From assembly GCF_009914755.1 (NCBI RefSeq), contig NC_060935.1: a stretch of DNA of 64,000 bases; one strand, written 5' to 3'. The DNA comes from the human T2T-CHM13v2.0 reference genome, Homo sapiens. Shown here one piece after another: positions 1 through 15,259 of the stretch. How positions within the stretch are numbered: the first letter of the stretch is position 1; each line of letters opens with the position of its first letter. A model generated the notes under the pieces. It searched no databases and was not told the DNA's origin. It was given only the letters and a program-made list of their open reading frames with translations. The translations under genes and the position numbers were made by a program.

Positions 1-340
1 TGTCTTGTTCCCAATCTTAGAGGGATAGTGTTCATCATTAAGTGGAATCTGTAAGGCTATATGCACTTTCATTATTGACATGAGTTGTCTTTTCTCTCTC
101 TCTCCCCTTACTTCTTTCCATCTTTTGCTCCTTCACATTAATTTAGCTAATTGTTTATCAATTTTATTGATCTTTTAAAATAATCAGATATTTGTTTCAT
201 TGATTTTTCTATTTTTAAAATTTACATTTCATTGATTCTTGTTCTAATCCTTATTATTTCCTATCTTCTACTTAGTTTCTGCTTAATTTGTTGTTATTTT
301 CTGTTTCTGTAGTACAAAACTTTTGATAATGTTTTCAGAC
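1..340 (-). mobile_element. Old L1 (L1M-type) ORF2-region fragments
   Basis: Diverged antisense L1 motifs (tgtcttgttcccaatcttagaggg; tttatcaattttattgatctttt...ttcattgattttt). Confidence 0.6.
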
Positions 341-344
341 ATTA

Positions 345-642
345 TTTTAATTAATTAATTAATTTATTTTGAGATGGAGTCTTGCTGTGTCACCCAGGCT
401 AGAGTGCACTGGCACGAATCTTGGCTCACTGCAACCTCTGCCTCCCGGGGTCAAGTGATTCTCTTGCCTCAGCCTCCCAAGTAGCTGGGATTACAGGCGA
501 CCGCCACCACACCTCACTAATCTTTGTATTTTTAGTAGAGAAGGGGTTTCACCATGTTGGTCTTGAACTTCTGACCTTGTGATCCACCCACCTCGGCCTC
601 CCAAAGTTCTGGGATTACAGGTGTAAGCCACTGTGCCTGGCC
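345..642 (-). mobile_element. Alu (AluS-type) with (TAAT)n-derived tail and a small internal deletion
   Basis: gagatggagtcttgct...gtaagccactgtgcctggcc is antisense Alu consensus. Confidence 0.93.
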
Positions 643-779
643 TATTTATTTTTAATGTATACATTTTGTGACCCAAATTTCCTTTTTAGAACTTTTATTA
701 CTTCCGTGAAATTCAGATATGTTGTGCTTTAAATTTCATTTATTTCAAAATACTTTTTGTGTTGTGATTTCTTTAATTA

Positions 780-1790
780 ACATAAAAATTACATGAAAAA
801 ATTCATTTTTTGAGTATTTAAAAGTGTAAAATCAATTGGCTTTGGGTACAATCACAATGTTTTACAATAATTACAACTGTCTAATTGCAGAACATTTTCA
901 TTGCCTCCAAATAGTTGAACAGTCATTCCAATTTCCCCTTTTCCCCAGTCCCTGGTAACCACTAATCTGCTTTTTGTTCCTATTAGTTTGCTTATTTTGG
1001 ACATTTTATATACATAGAATTATGCAATTTTCAACCTTTAGTGTCTTCTTTCACTTAGTATGCTTTCAAGATTCATCCATGTAGCATGCATCAGTACTTT
1101 ATTGTGGGCATACCACAATTTGGTTATCCATTCATACAGACTGATAGAAATTTAGGTTGTTTTCACAATTGTGAGTAGTGCTGCTATAAACTCTTGTGTA
1201 CAAGTTTGTTCAAACACCTGTTTTTAATTCTTTTGGGTATATACATAGGAGTGGAATTGCTGGGTCAGGTGGTCATTCTATGTTCAACTTTTTAAAGAAC
1301 AACCAAACAGTTTTTCACAGATCCATAGATTTTACATTTCCTTTAGTAATTGTAGTAGATTTCCAATTATTCAATATCCTTGCCAACACTGGTTAATTGC
1401 CATTTAAAAAAATTATGGCCATCCACTGGGTGTGAAGTGGTATTTCATTGCAATGTTGATTTACATTTCCCTAATGACCAAAGATATTTAGCATATTTTT
1501 ATATGCTTATTAGCTATATGTATATCGTATTTGGGAAAATGTCTTTTTCAATTCTTTGTTTATTTTCAAATTGGGTTGTTTACCTTTTTTTTGTTGAGTT
1601 GTAAGAGTTCTTTATATATTCTGGAAACAAGACTCTTATCAGATATATGATTTACAAATATTTCTCCTATTTTTTGGGTTGATTTTCACTTTTTTGATAG
1701 GGTACTTTGATTCAGAAGCATTTTTAATTTTGATAAAGTCCAATTTATGTATTTTGAAATTTGGGAACTGTGCTTTTACCATTTTATCAA
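780..1790 (-). mobile_element. L1MB-type 3' end and ORF2 C-terminus
   Basis: ccctggtaaccactaatctgctttt, ctttcacttagtatg...ttcatccatgtagcatg are typical of antisense L1MB 3' UTR. Confidence 0.75.
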
Positions 1791-2074
1791 GATTAGGATA
1801 GATAGTGACGTTTATTCTCACACGCTATTCTTGTTTTTCCCCAAATAATAGCCAGATAAGTGAATAGATCTTGTTTTATAATTTGTTATGCTTTGTTTTT
1901 CATTTTTTTCAAAATCTTTAATTATTAATGTGGAAAGAATAAAATAATAGCAGTATCCTGTCTCCAAATCCATGGACATGGAATATCTCTCTGTTTATTT
2001 AGATATTTTTAAATTGCTTTTACCAATTTTTTGTAGTTGTACATTTAAAAAATATTTTGAACTTTTAGATAAAA

Positions 2075-2193
2075 AGTAAAAATAATAGATACTGCTGAAG
2101 CTGCAGAGAAAAGGGAACACTTACATAATGTTGGTGGGAATGTAAATTAGCTCAGCTACTTTGGAGAGTGGTTTGGAGATTTCTCAAAGAACT
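2075..2193 (+). mobile_element. L1 ORF2 3' fragment (sense)
   Basis: gctgcagagaaaagggaacacttac...gttggtgggaatgtaaattag. Confidence 0.75.
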
Positions 2194-2441
2194 GTTTTTT
2201 TTTTTTTTAAATAGATTTTAAGGGTACATGGGCAGGTTTGTTCCATGGATATATTGCGTAGTGGTGAAGTCTGGGCTTTAAGTGTACTCATTTCCTGCAT
2301 AGTGAACATTGTACCCAGTAGGTAATTTTTCAGCTCTCACCATTCTCCCACCCTCCCACTTTTTGGAGTTTCCAATGTCTACTTTTTCACTCTGTATGGC
2401 CATGTATGCCATTGTTTAGCTCTTACTGAAAGTGAGAACAT

Positions 2442-2711
2442 CTACACTCATAAGTGGGAGTTGAACAATGAGAACACATGGACACAGGGAGGGGAACATC
2501 ATACACTGGGGCCTGTTGGGGGACTGGGGGTTAGGGGAGGAACAGCATTAGGAGAAATACCCAATGTAGATGATGGGTTGATGGGTGCAGCAAATGACCA
2601 TGACGTGTATACCTGTGTAAAAAAACTGCACATTCTGCAGATGCATCCTAGAACTTGAAGTATAATAATAACAAAAAACTAAATAAAAATATGCTGTTTA
2701 GTTACTTAAAA
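2442..2711 (+). mobile_element. 5'-truncated L1PA (PA7/8-like) 3' end
   Basis: ctcataagtgggagttgaacaatgagaacacatgg...tagaacttgaagtataat; 13-bp TSD AAAGTGAGAACAT at 2429-2441 and 2712-2724. Confidence 0.92.
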
Positions 2712-2839
2712 AAAGTGAGAACATGTAGCATTTGGCTTTCTGTTCCTGGGTTATGTAACTTAGAATAATGTCCACGAGTTCCATCCATATTGCTGCAAAA
2801 GACAAGATTACATTTTTTATGGCTGAGTACCATTCCATG

Positions 2840-2840
2840 G

Positions 2841-2871
<31 letters not shown>

Positions 2872-2881
2872 GTATATATAT
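2840..2881. repeat. (TG)n/(TA)n microsatellite
   Basis: Visible directly. Confidence 0.9.
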
Positions 2882-5800
2882 CTCACATTTGTGATATCTA
2901 TCTATATATCTCACATTTTCTTTATCCATCATCTGTTGATGGTTGATTCCGTGTCTTTACTATTGTGAATAGTGCTGCAAAGAACATAGTGCAAGTGTCA
3001 TTTTGATAGAATGATGTCTTTTTCTTTGGGTGGCTACCCAGTAGTGGGATTGCTGGATCAAAGGGCAGTACTATTTTTAGTTCTTTGATAAATCTCCCTC
3101 TGTTTTTCATGCAGGTTTTATTAATTTTATTCCTAGCAATAGTGTATATTACCTGTTGTTTTTGACTTTTTAATAATAGCCATTCTGACTGGTGTAAGAT
3201 GGAATTTCATTGTGGCTTTAATTTATATTTCTCTGATGATCAGTGGTGTTAAGCACTTTTTCATGTTTGTTTCTGCTTGTATGTCTGTTTTTTTGGAAAA
3301 ATGCCTGTTTATGTCCTTTTCCCACTTTTAAATGGGATTATTATTATTATTTTTCTTATTTGAGTTCCTTGTAGATTCTTGATACTATCCTTTTGTCAGA
3401 TGCTTAATTTGCAAATATTTTCTCCCATTTTTAAAATTGTTTATGCTGTTAATTATTTTGCTGTGCAGAAGTTATTTAATTTTATTAAGTCCCATTTATC
3501 TATTTTTGTTGTGTTTGATTTTGAGGACTTGGTCATAAATTTTTTGCCTAGGGCAATGTCCAGAAGAGCTTTTCTTAGGTTTTCTTCTATGATCTTTATA
3601 GTTTCAGACTTACATTTAAGTCTTTTTATCCATCTTGTGTTAATTTTCTTACATAGTGAGAGATATAGGTCCATATTTATTCTTCTGCATATGGCTATCC
3701 AATTTATCTTTTATTGAATAGGTTGTCCTTCCCTCAGTTCATATTTTTGTCACCTTTGTTGGAAATCAGTCGGTTATAGCTATGTGGCTTTATTTCTGGG
3801 TTCTCTATTCTGTTTCATTGATCTATGTGTCTATTTTTGTATCAGTGCCATGCTGTTTTTGTTATTATAGCCTTGGAGTATAATTTAAAGTCAGGTAATG
3901 TAATGCCTCCAGCTTTGTTCTTTTTGCTTAGGATTGCCTTGGGTATTCACGGTCATTTTTAGTTCCATATGAATTCTAGGACTTTTCCCAATTCTGTGAA
4001 AAATGGCATTGGCAATTTGATAGAAACTGCATTGACTCTATAGATTGCTTGCCATCTTAAGAGTATTTATTCTTACAATCCATGAGCATAGGATTTTTGT
4101 TTGTTTGTGTCATCGATGATTGTGTCATCAGTGTTTTGTAGTTCTCCTTGTAGAGATCTTTCACCTCCGTGGTTAAGTTTATTTGTATGTATTTTACTCT
4201 TTTTGCAGCTATTGTAAATAGGATTCACTTCTTGATTTAGCTCTCAGAATGATTGTTATTGGTATATAAAAATGCTACTGATTTTGGCATGTCGATTTTG
4301 TATCCTGAAACATTAATGAAGTCATTTGTGAAATCTAGGAGTCTTTTGGAGGAGTCTTTGTTTTTTTTTTTTTTTGATCATCTTATCAGTCAACAGAAAT
4401 AATTTAACTTCCTATTTTCCAATTTGGTTATGTTTTATTTGTCTCTCCTGAGTTCTCTAGCTACAACTTCTAGTACTAACTATATTGAGTAGGAGTGTTG
4501 AAAGTGGGCATCCTTGTCTTGTTCCAGTTCTTAAAGGGGAATGCTTTAAACAGTATCCTGTCCAGTATACTGTTGGCTGTGGGTTTGCTGAATATAATTT
4601 TTATTATTTTGAGTTTTGTTCCTTTGATGCCTAGTTTTTTTGAGAGTTTTTATCAGGAAGAGATGCTGAATTTTATGAAATTCCTTTTCTGCATTTATTG
4701 AGATCATCACATGGTTTTTATTTTTAATTCATATGATATGGTGAATCACATTTATTGATTTGCATATGTTTAACCATTCTTGCATCTCTGTAGTAAAACT
4801 CACTTGATTGTAGGGCATTTTATTTTTGATGTGCTGTTGGATTTGTTTTGCTAGTATTTTGTTGGGGATTTTTGCATAGATATTGATCAGGGATATTGGT
4901 CTGTAGTATTTGTGTATGTATGTGCCCTTGAATGGCTTTGGCATCAGAGTGATCCTGGCTTCATAGAATGAGTAAGGGAGGATTCTCTTCTTTATTTTTT
5001 TGAAACAGCTTCCATAGAGTTGGTACCAGTCTATTTTTTACATCTGGTAGAATTCAGTTATAAATCTCTCTGGTCTTTGGCTTTTCTTGGCAAGTTGGGG
5101 GAAGTTTTAAAATTACTAATTAAGTTTAATTAGTCATTACTGGTCAGTTTAGCATTTCTATTTCTTCCTGTTTCAATCTTGGGATGTTATATGTTTTCAG
5201 AAATACATATACTTTTCCTCCAGGTTTTTTAGTTTATTTGTGTAGAGATGCTCATAGTAGTTTATGATAATCTTTTGTATTTCTGTGGTATCAATTGCAA
5301 TGTCACATTTATTATTTCTTATTGTACTTACATGAATATTCTCTCTTTTTCTTGGTTACTCTATCTAGCAGTCTGCCAATTTTGTTCATCTCTTCAAAGA
5401 GACAACTTTTAATTTCATTGATCCTTTACATATTTTTTTGGTTCCAATTTTACCTAGTTCTGATCTGTGTAGTTTTTTTTCTTTTAACTTTGGCTATTGC
5501 TTGTTCTTGATTTTCTAGTTCCTTGAGGTACAACATTAGGTTGACAACTTGAGATATTTCTACTTTTTTGATGTAGGCATTGAACCCTATTAAGTTCCCT
5601 CTTAGCACTGCTTTTGCTGTATATCAGAAGTTTTGAGATGCTGTGTTTCTATTTCCATTTGTTTCCAATTTCTTTAAAATTTCTGCCTTGCTTCATCATT
5701 GATATGAAGTTTTTTCAGGAACAGGTTGTTTAATTTCCATGGATTTGTATTGTTTTGAGAGATCCTTTTAATATTTATTTCTAATTTTATTCCAATGTGA

Positions 5801-6171
5801 TCCAAGAAAATGCTTGTTATGGTTTCAATTTAAAAAAATTTATTGAGACTTGCCTTGTAGACTAGTATATGGTTTATTTTTGAGAATGTTCTATGCACAG
5901 ATGAGAAGAATGTATATTTTTCATGTGTTGGGTAGAATGCTCTGTAAGTGTCCATTAGGTTCATTTGGTTTAGAATCCAGTTTTACCTCACAGTTTCTTT
6001 GTTCATTTTCTGCTTCAATGATTTGTCTAGTGCCATCAGTGGGGGTATTGAAGTCCCCCACTATTATTACATGGCTGTACACTTTTTTAAAAATCTGTGC
6101 TTTTTAAATTTTTTTATTTTTTTCTATTTTTTTTAACTTTATTCATAATTGGGATTGACAAGTTTTCTTTT

Positions 6172-6337
<166 letters not shown>

Positions 6338-6345
6338 TTTTTTTT

Positions 6346-7405
6346 ACATTTCTCTTTTTATTTCTATGCCTTGCTTATTTTCAAAAACAGGTTTTAACTT
6401 CTATAACATTTTCCGAATAGCACTGCTGGAAAAAGAATAAATTTATTTGATTTTTTGGTATATCATACACTGTACTTACTTCCTTCAAAAATTTCTTTTT
6501 CCATTTTAACTTTTTTTCTGAAAAAATTAGCATTAAATATTATTTTTATCCATAGTTGAAAAAAACTAAAGCATCCATTTTACATTTCTATATTAAAGAA
6601 GTTTGAACATGTAACACGTATATTTACAGTTTATAACTCACTTTTACATATGTTGCCTCAATGCAAAATTTTGCTTAACTTTAACACAGCTTAAACATAA
6701 TATTGCCCATATGACAGTCTTGCTGCTTTTGATGTTTTATAATCTACAATGGTAAAAGCTGGGAAACAGTTTCAAAGTTTGTGGCTTGGTATGTCAAAAA
6801 GAATTTGACCTTCACAATTTGTCTAAAATCTTTTTGCCAAAAATGCACGACACAGTTTTATAAAGAAAGTGGGAGGAGCTTAGTTGAAGCAATTTATAGA
6901 CCATGGAGTGAGAAGTGATGTCTAGAGATTAAGCAGTCAATCTTAAGTCAACTTCTTCATCCACTGTGGCAGATGGTTTTCTGTACTTCCCTTGATGGTT
7001 TCCAGGAATAATACACCCATAGTCTTCTAAATTAGCTGATTTGTCAGTTGATTTGAATATGTGTTATAGGTTGTTCTTTATTTCCTAAATTTTATTTTTG
7101 CAGTTTAACTTATTTGTTAATTCTTTTTCTTTTTGAAAAGAGGAGACTCAAATAACTTCTTTGGAAAATAATTCTTAATTTATCTGCAGCCCTATATTTT
7201 GAAATAAAGTGTATATGGTAAAGGAAAGATTTGTACCACTTCAAATTTTTTTGTTAAGGATTGAAACTTGAGTTGCAAAAAGTTGTCTGTCTGTTTTTGA
7301 GACAGGGTCTTGCTCTGTGGCCCAGGCTGGAGTGCAGTGACACGATCATGACTCATTTCAGCCTTGAACTTCTGGGCTCAAGTGATCCTCCAGCCTTAGC
7401 CTTAA

Positions 7406-7440
<35 letters not shown>
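6346..7440 (-). other. L1 3'-transduced flanking DNA (~1.1 kb)
   Basis: Lies between the L1 tail (7441) and a terminal poly(A) (T-run 6332-6345), with minus-strand AATAAA at 6357-6362; all inside TSD CCTGGCTAATTTTTT (6323-6337 / 8683-8697). Confidence 0.85.
7294..7403 (-). mobile_element. AluJ/FLAM fragment inside the transduced DNA, followed by (TA)n
   Basis: gagacagggtcttgctctgtggcccaggctggagtgcag...ctgggctcaagtgatcctcc. Confidence 0.85.
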
Positions 7441-8679
<1,239 letters not shown>

Positions 8680-8682
8680 ATA

Positions 8683-8816
8683 CCTGGCTAATTTTTTCTG
8701 TAGAGATGGGGTTTCACCGTGTTAGACAGGATGGTCTCGATCTCCTGACCTCGTGATCTGCCCACCTTGGCCTCCGAAAGTGCTGGGATTACAGACATGA
8801 GCCACTGCACCTGGCC
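8683..8816 (-). mobile_element. AluY, left arm (continuation of 6172-6337)
   Basis: gtttcaccgtgttagacaggatggtctcgatctcctgacctcgtgatc...ctggcc followed by TSD. Confidence 0.92.
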
Positions 8817-9161
8817 GACAAGTTTTCTTTTTAAATTTTATTATTATAACATAATAATGACTACTCAAGCAAATTGAGGAACTTTACAATGTCTTTTTTC
8901 TTCTATGGTTTTGAATTTTTGTTTTTATTATACTTTAAGTTTTGGAGTTCATGTGCACAATGTGCAGGTATGTTACATAGGTATATATGTGCCATGTTGG
9001 TTTGCTGCACCCATCAACTCTTCATTTATATTAGGTATTTCTCCTAATGCTATCCCTGCACCAGCCCCCAACCCCCTGACAGGCCCCAGTGTGTGATGTT
9101 CCCCTCCTGGTGTCCATGTATTCTCATCATTCAACTCCCACTTCTGAGTGAGAACATGCAG

Positions 9162-9671
9162 TGCCGAGACCAGCTCAGTCGGGGAGACCCTAACCCATTG
9201 GCGCTAGAGGAATTAAAGACACACACAGAAATATAGAGGTGTGAAGTGGGAAATCAGGGGTCTCACAGCCTTCAGAGCTGAGAGCCTGAACAGAGATTAA
9301 CCCACGTATTTATTAACAGCAAACCAGTCATTAGCATTGTTTCTATAGATATTAAATTAACTAAAAGTATCCCTTATGGGACACAAAGTGGTGGGCTGAA
9401 TTAAAGGAATAGGTTGGGCTAGTTAACTGTAGCAGGAGCATGTCCTTAAGGCACAGATCACTCATGCTATTGTTTGTGGCTTAAGAATGCCTTTAAGCAG
9501 TTTTCTGCCCTGGGCGGGCCAGGAGTTCCTTGCCTTCATTCCTGTAAACCCACAACCTTCCAGCTTGGACATTAGGGCCATTATGAACATGTTACAGTGC
9601 TGCAGAGATTTTGTTTATGGCCAGTTTTGGGGCCAGTTTATGACCAGAATTTGGGGGACCTGCTCCCAACA
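9162..9671 (-). mobile_element. MER9 solo LTR (HERV-K HML-3/HERVK9)
   Basis: Reverse complement begins TGTTGGGAGCAGGTCCCCCAAATTCTGGTCATAAACTGGCCCCAAAACTGGCC; TG...CA termini; 510 bp; 6-bp TSD ATGCAG at 9156-9161 and 9672-9677. Confidence 0.92.
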
Positions 9672-12600
9672 ATGCAGTGTTTGGTTTTCTCTTCTTGTGT
9701 TACTTTGCTGAGAATGATGGTTTCCAGTTTCATCCATATCCCTGCAAAGGACATTAACTCATCCTTTTTTATGGCTGCATAGTATTCCATGAAGTATATG
9801 TGCCGCCACATTTTCTTTATCGAGTCTACAATTGATGGGCATTTGGGTTGGTTCCAAGACTTTTCTATTGTGAACAGTGCTGCAATAAACATACGTGTGC
9901 ATGTGTCTTTCTAGTCAAATGATTTATAATCTTTTAGGTATACACGCAGCACTGGGATTGCTGGGTCAAATGCTATTTCTAGTTCTAGATCCTTGAGGAA
10001 TTGCCACACTGTCTTCCACAGTGGTTGAACTAATTTACATTCCCACCAACAGTGTAAAAGCATTCCTATTTTGCCACATTATCTCCAGCATCTGTTGTTT
10101 CCTGACTTTTCAATGATCACCATTCTAACTGGTGTGAGATGGTATCACATTGTGGTTTTGATTTGCATTTCTCTAATGACCAGTGATGATCAGAATTTTT
10201 TCATAAGTTTTCTGGCTGCATACATGTCTTCTTTTGAGAAGTGTCTGTTCATACCCTTTCCCCATTTTTTGATGGGGTTGTTTGTTTTTTCTTGTAAATT
10301 TGTTTAAGTACTTTGTAGATTCTGATATTAACCCTTTGTCAAATGGATAGATTACAAAAATTTTCTCCCATTCTGTCGGTTGCCTGTTCACTCTACTGAT
10401 AGTTTCTTTTGCTGTGCAGAAGCTCTTTAGTTTATTTAGACCCCATTTGTCAATTTTGGCTTTTGTTGCCATTGCTTTTGGTGTTTTACTCATGAAGTCT
10501 TTGCCCACCCCTATGTCCTGAATTGTTTTGCCTATGTTTTCTTCTAGGGTTTCTATGGTTTTAGGTCTTATGTTTAAGTCTTCAATCCATCTTGAATTAA
10601 TTTTTGTATAAGGTGTAAGGAAGGGATCCAGTGTCAGCTTTCTGCATATGGCTATCCAGTTTTCCCAGCAACATTTATTAAATGGGGAATCCTTTCCTCA
10701 TTCCTTGTTTTTGTCAGGTTTGTCAAGGTCAGATGGTTGTAGATGTGTAGCATTATTTCTGAGACCTCTATTTTGTTCCATTGGTCTATATATCTGTTTT
10801 GGTACCAGTACCATGCTGTTTTGGTTATGTAGCCTTGTAGTATAGTTTGAGGTCAGGTAGCGTGATGCCGCCAGGTTTATTCTTTTTGCTTAGAATTGTC
10901 TTGGGTTGTGTGGGCTCTTTCTTTTGTTCCATATGAAATTTAAAGTATTTTTTTGCAATTCTGTGAAGAAAGTCAGTGGTAGCTTGATGGGGATAGCATT
11001 GAATCTATAAGTGACTTTGGGCAGTATGGCCATTTTCACGGTATTGATTCTTCCTATCCATGAGCATGGAATATTCTTTCATTTGTTTGTGTCCTCTTTT
11101 ATTTCCTTGAGCAGTGGTTTGTAGTTCTCCTTGAAGAGGTCCTTCACATTCCTTGTAAGTTGGATTCCTAGGTATTTTATTCTCTTTGAAGCAATTGTGA
11201 ATGGGAGTTCACTCATGATTTGGCTCTCTGTTTGGCTTTTATTGGTGTATAGGAATGCTTGTGATTTTTGCACATTGATTTTGTATCCTGAGACTTTGGT
11301 GAAGTTGCTTATCAACTTAAGGAGATTTTGGGCTGAGATGATGGGCTTTTCTAAATATACAATCATGTCATCTGCAAACAGAGACAATTTGACTTCCTCT
11401 TTTTCTATTTGAATACCCTTCATTTCTTTCTTTTGCCTGATTGCCCTGGCCAGAACTTCCAATAGTATGCTGAATAGGAGTGGTGAGAGAGGGCATACTT
11501 GTCTTGTGCCAGTTTTCAAAAAGAATGCTTCCAGTATTTGCCCATTCAGTATGATATTGGCTGTGGGTTTGTCATAAATAGCTCTTATTATTTTGAGATA
11601 CGTTCCATGAATACCTAGTTTATTGAGAGTTTTTAGCATGAAGGACTGCTGAATTTTGTTGAAGGCCTTTTCAGCATCTATTGAGATAATCATGTGGTTT
11701 TTGTCATTGGTTCTGTTTATGTGATGGATTACATTTATTGATTTGTGTATGCTGAACCAGTCTTGCATCCCAGGGATAAAGGTGTCTTGATTGTGGTGGG
11801 TAAGCATTTTGATGTGCTGCTGGATTCAGTTTGCCAGTATTTTATTGAGGATTTTCACTTCAATATTCATCAGGGACATTGGCCTAAAATTTTCTTTTTT
11901 TGTCGTGTCTCTGTCAGGTTTTGGTATCAGGATGATGCTGGCCTCATAAAATGAGTTAGGGAGGATTCCCTCTTTTTCTATTGATTGGAATAGTTTCAGA
12001 AGGAATGATACCAACTCCTCTTTGTACATCTGGTAGAATTCGGCTGTGAATCCATCTGGTCCTGGACTTTTTTTGATTGGTAGGCTATAAATGATTGCCT
12101 CAATTTCAGAGCCTGTTATTGGTCTATTCAGGGATTCAACTTTTTCCTGGTTTAGTCTTGGGAGGGTGTATGTGTCCAGGAATTTATCCATTTCTTCTAG
12201 AATTTCTAGTTTATTTGCATAGAGGTGTTTGTAGTATTCTCTGATGGTAGTTTGTATATCTGTGGGCTCCATGGTAATATCCTCTTTATCAAATTTTATT
12301 GCCTCTATTTGATTCTTCTCTCTTTTCTTTATTAGTCTTGGTAGCGGTCTATCAATTTTGTTGGTCTCTTGAAAAAACCAACTCCTGGATTCATCGATTT
12401 TTTGAAGGGTTTTTCTTTGTCTCTGTCTCCTTCAGTTCTGCTCTGATCTTAGTTATTTCTTGCCTTCTGCTAGCTTTTGAATGTGTTTTCTCTTGCTTCT
12501 CTAGTTCTTTTAATTGTGATGTTAGGGTGTTGATTTTAGATCTTTCCTGCTTTCTCTTGTGGGCATTTCGTTCTATAAATTTCCCCTTACACACTGCTTT

Positions 12601-15259
12601 AAATGTGTCCCAGAGATTTTGGTATGTTGAGTCTTTTTTCTCATTGGTTTCAAAGAACATCTTTATTTCTGCCTTCATTTCGCTATTTACGTGGTAGTCA
12701 TTCAGTAGCAGGTTTTTCAGTTTCCATGTAGTTGAGCGGTTTTGAGTGAGTTTCTTAATCCTGAGTTCTAGTTTGATTGCACTGTGGCCTGAGAGACAGT
12801 TTGTTGTGATTTCTGTTCTTTTACATTTGCTGAGGAGTGTTTTACTTCCAATTATGTGGTCAATTTTAGAATGAGTGCAACGTGGTGCTGAGAAGAATAT
12901 ATATTCTGTTGATTTGGGGTGGAGAGTTCCATAGATGTTTACTAGATCTGCTTGGTCCAGAGCTGAGTTCAAATCCTGAATGTCCATGTTAATTTTCTGT
13001 TTGAGTCATCTGTGTAATATGGACAGTGGGGTGTTAAAGTCTCCCATTATTATTGTGTGGGAGTCTATGTCTCTCTATAGGTCTCTAAGAACTTGCTTTA
13101 TGAATTTGGGTGCTCCTGTATTGGGTGCATATATATTTAGGATAGTTAGCCCTTCTTATTGCATTGATCCCTTTACCATTATGTAATGGCCTTCTTCGTC
13201 TCTTTTGATCTTTGTTGGTTTAAAGTCTATTTTGTCAGAGACTAGGATTGCAAACCCCGCATTTTTTGGCTTTCCATTTGCTTGGTAGATCTTCCTCCAT
13301 CCCTTTATTTTGAGCCTATGTGTGTCTTTGCATGTGACATGGGTCTTCTGAACACAGCACCCCGAGGGGTCTTGAATCTTTATCCCATTTGCCAGTCTGT
13401 GTCTTTTAATTGGGGCATTTAGCCCATTTACATTTAAAGTTAATATTGTTATGTGTGAATTTGATCCTGTCATTATGATGCTAGTTGGTTGTTTTGACCG
13501 TTAGTTGATGCAGTTTTTTCATAGTGTCGATGGTCTTTACAATTTGGCATGTTTTTGCAGTGGCTGGTACTGGTTCTTCCTTTCTATTTTTAGTGCTTCC
13601 TTCAGGAGCTCTTGTAAGGCAGGCCTGATGGTGACAAAATCTCTCAGCATTTGCTTCTCTGTAAAGGATTTTGTTTTTCCTTCACTTATGAAGCTTAGCT
13701 TAGCTGGATATGAAATTCTGGGTTGAAAATTCTTTTCTTTAAGAATGTTGAATATGGGCCCCCACCCTCTTCTAGCTTGTATGGTTTCTGCAGAGAGATT
13801 CAGTTAGTCTGATTGCCTTTTCATTGTGGGTAACCTGACTTTTCCCTCTGGCTGCCCTTAACACTTTTTCCTTCATTTCAACCTTGGTGAATCTGACAAT
13901 TATGTGTCTTTGGGTTGCTCTTCTTGAGGCATATCTTTGTTTTGTTCTCTGTATTTCCTGAATTTGAATGTTGGCCTGGCTTGCTAGGTTGGGGAAGTTC
14001 TCCTGGATAATATCCTGAAGAGTGTTTTCAAACTTGGTTGCATTCTCCCTGTCACTTTCAGGTACACCAACCAAGCGTAGATTTGGTCTTTTCACATAGT
14101 CCCATATTTCTTGGAGGCTTTGTTCATTTCTTTTCACTCTTTTTTCTCTAATCTTGTCTTCTTGCTTTATTTCATTAAGTTGATCTTCAATCACTGATAT
14201 CCTTTTTTCCACTTGATTGATTCAGGTATTGAAACTTGTGTATGCTTCACAAAGTTCTCTTGCTGTGTTTTTCAGCTCCATCAGGTCATTTAAGCTCCTC
14301 TAGACATTGGTTATTCTAGTTAGCAATTCCTCTCACCTTTTTTCAAGGTTCTTAGCTTTCTTGTATTGGGTTAGAACATGCTCCTTTAGCTTGGAGGAGT
14401 ATGTTATTACCCACCTTCTGAAGCCTACTTCTGTCAATTTGTCAAACTCATTCAAACTCCATCCAGATTTGTTCCCTTGTTTATGAGGAGTTGTGTTCCT
14501 TTGGAGGAGAAGAGGTATTCTGGTTTTTGGAATTTTCAGCCTTTCTGCACTGGTTTCTCCCCATCTTTGTGGTTTTATCTACTTTTGGTCTTTGATGTAA
14601 GTGACCTATGGATGGGGTTTTGGTGTGGATGTCCTTTCTGTTGATGTTGATGGCATTCCTTTCTGTTTGTCAGTTTTCCTTCTAACAGCCAGGACCCTCA
14701 GCTACAGGTCTGTTGGAGTTTGCTGGAGGTCCACTCTGGACCCTGTTTTCCTAGACATCACCAGCGGAGGCTGCAGAACAGCAACTATTGCTGCCTGATC
14801 TTTCCTCTGGAAGCTTTTTCCCAGAGGGTCACCAGCCAGATGCCAGCCAGAGTTCTCCTGTATGAGGTGTCTGTTGGCCCCTACTGGGAGATGTCTCCCA
14901 GTCAGGCTACATGGGGGTCAGGGACCCACTTGAGGAGGCAGTCTGTCCATTATTAGAACTCGGAGGCTGAGCTGGGAGAATCTTGCTGTCTTCAGAGCTG
15001 TCATGCAGGGATATTTAAGTCTGCTGAAGCTATGCCCCTGCTGTACCTTCCCCCAGGTTCTCTCTCCCAGGGAGATGGGGGCTTTATCTATAAGTCCCTG
15101 ACTGAGGCTGCTGCCTTTTGTTCAGTGATGCCCTGCTCACAGAGGTGGAATCTAGAGAGGCAGTCTGCCTTGCTGAACTGTGGTGGGTTCCACCCAGTTC
15201 GAATTTCCTGGCAGCTTTGTTTACGCTGAAGCATAAAACTGCCTACTCAAGCCTCAGCA

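Larger units (their letters stand above)
2195..6088 (-). mobile_element. L1PA16/L1PB-type element, 3' part (3' UTR and ORF2); host of nested insertions
   Basis: Poly(T) at 2195, antisense 3' UTR, ORF2 remnants ([23 protein letters not shown]); sequence resumes at 15707. Confidence 0.88.
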
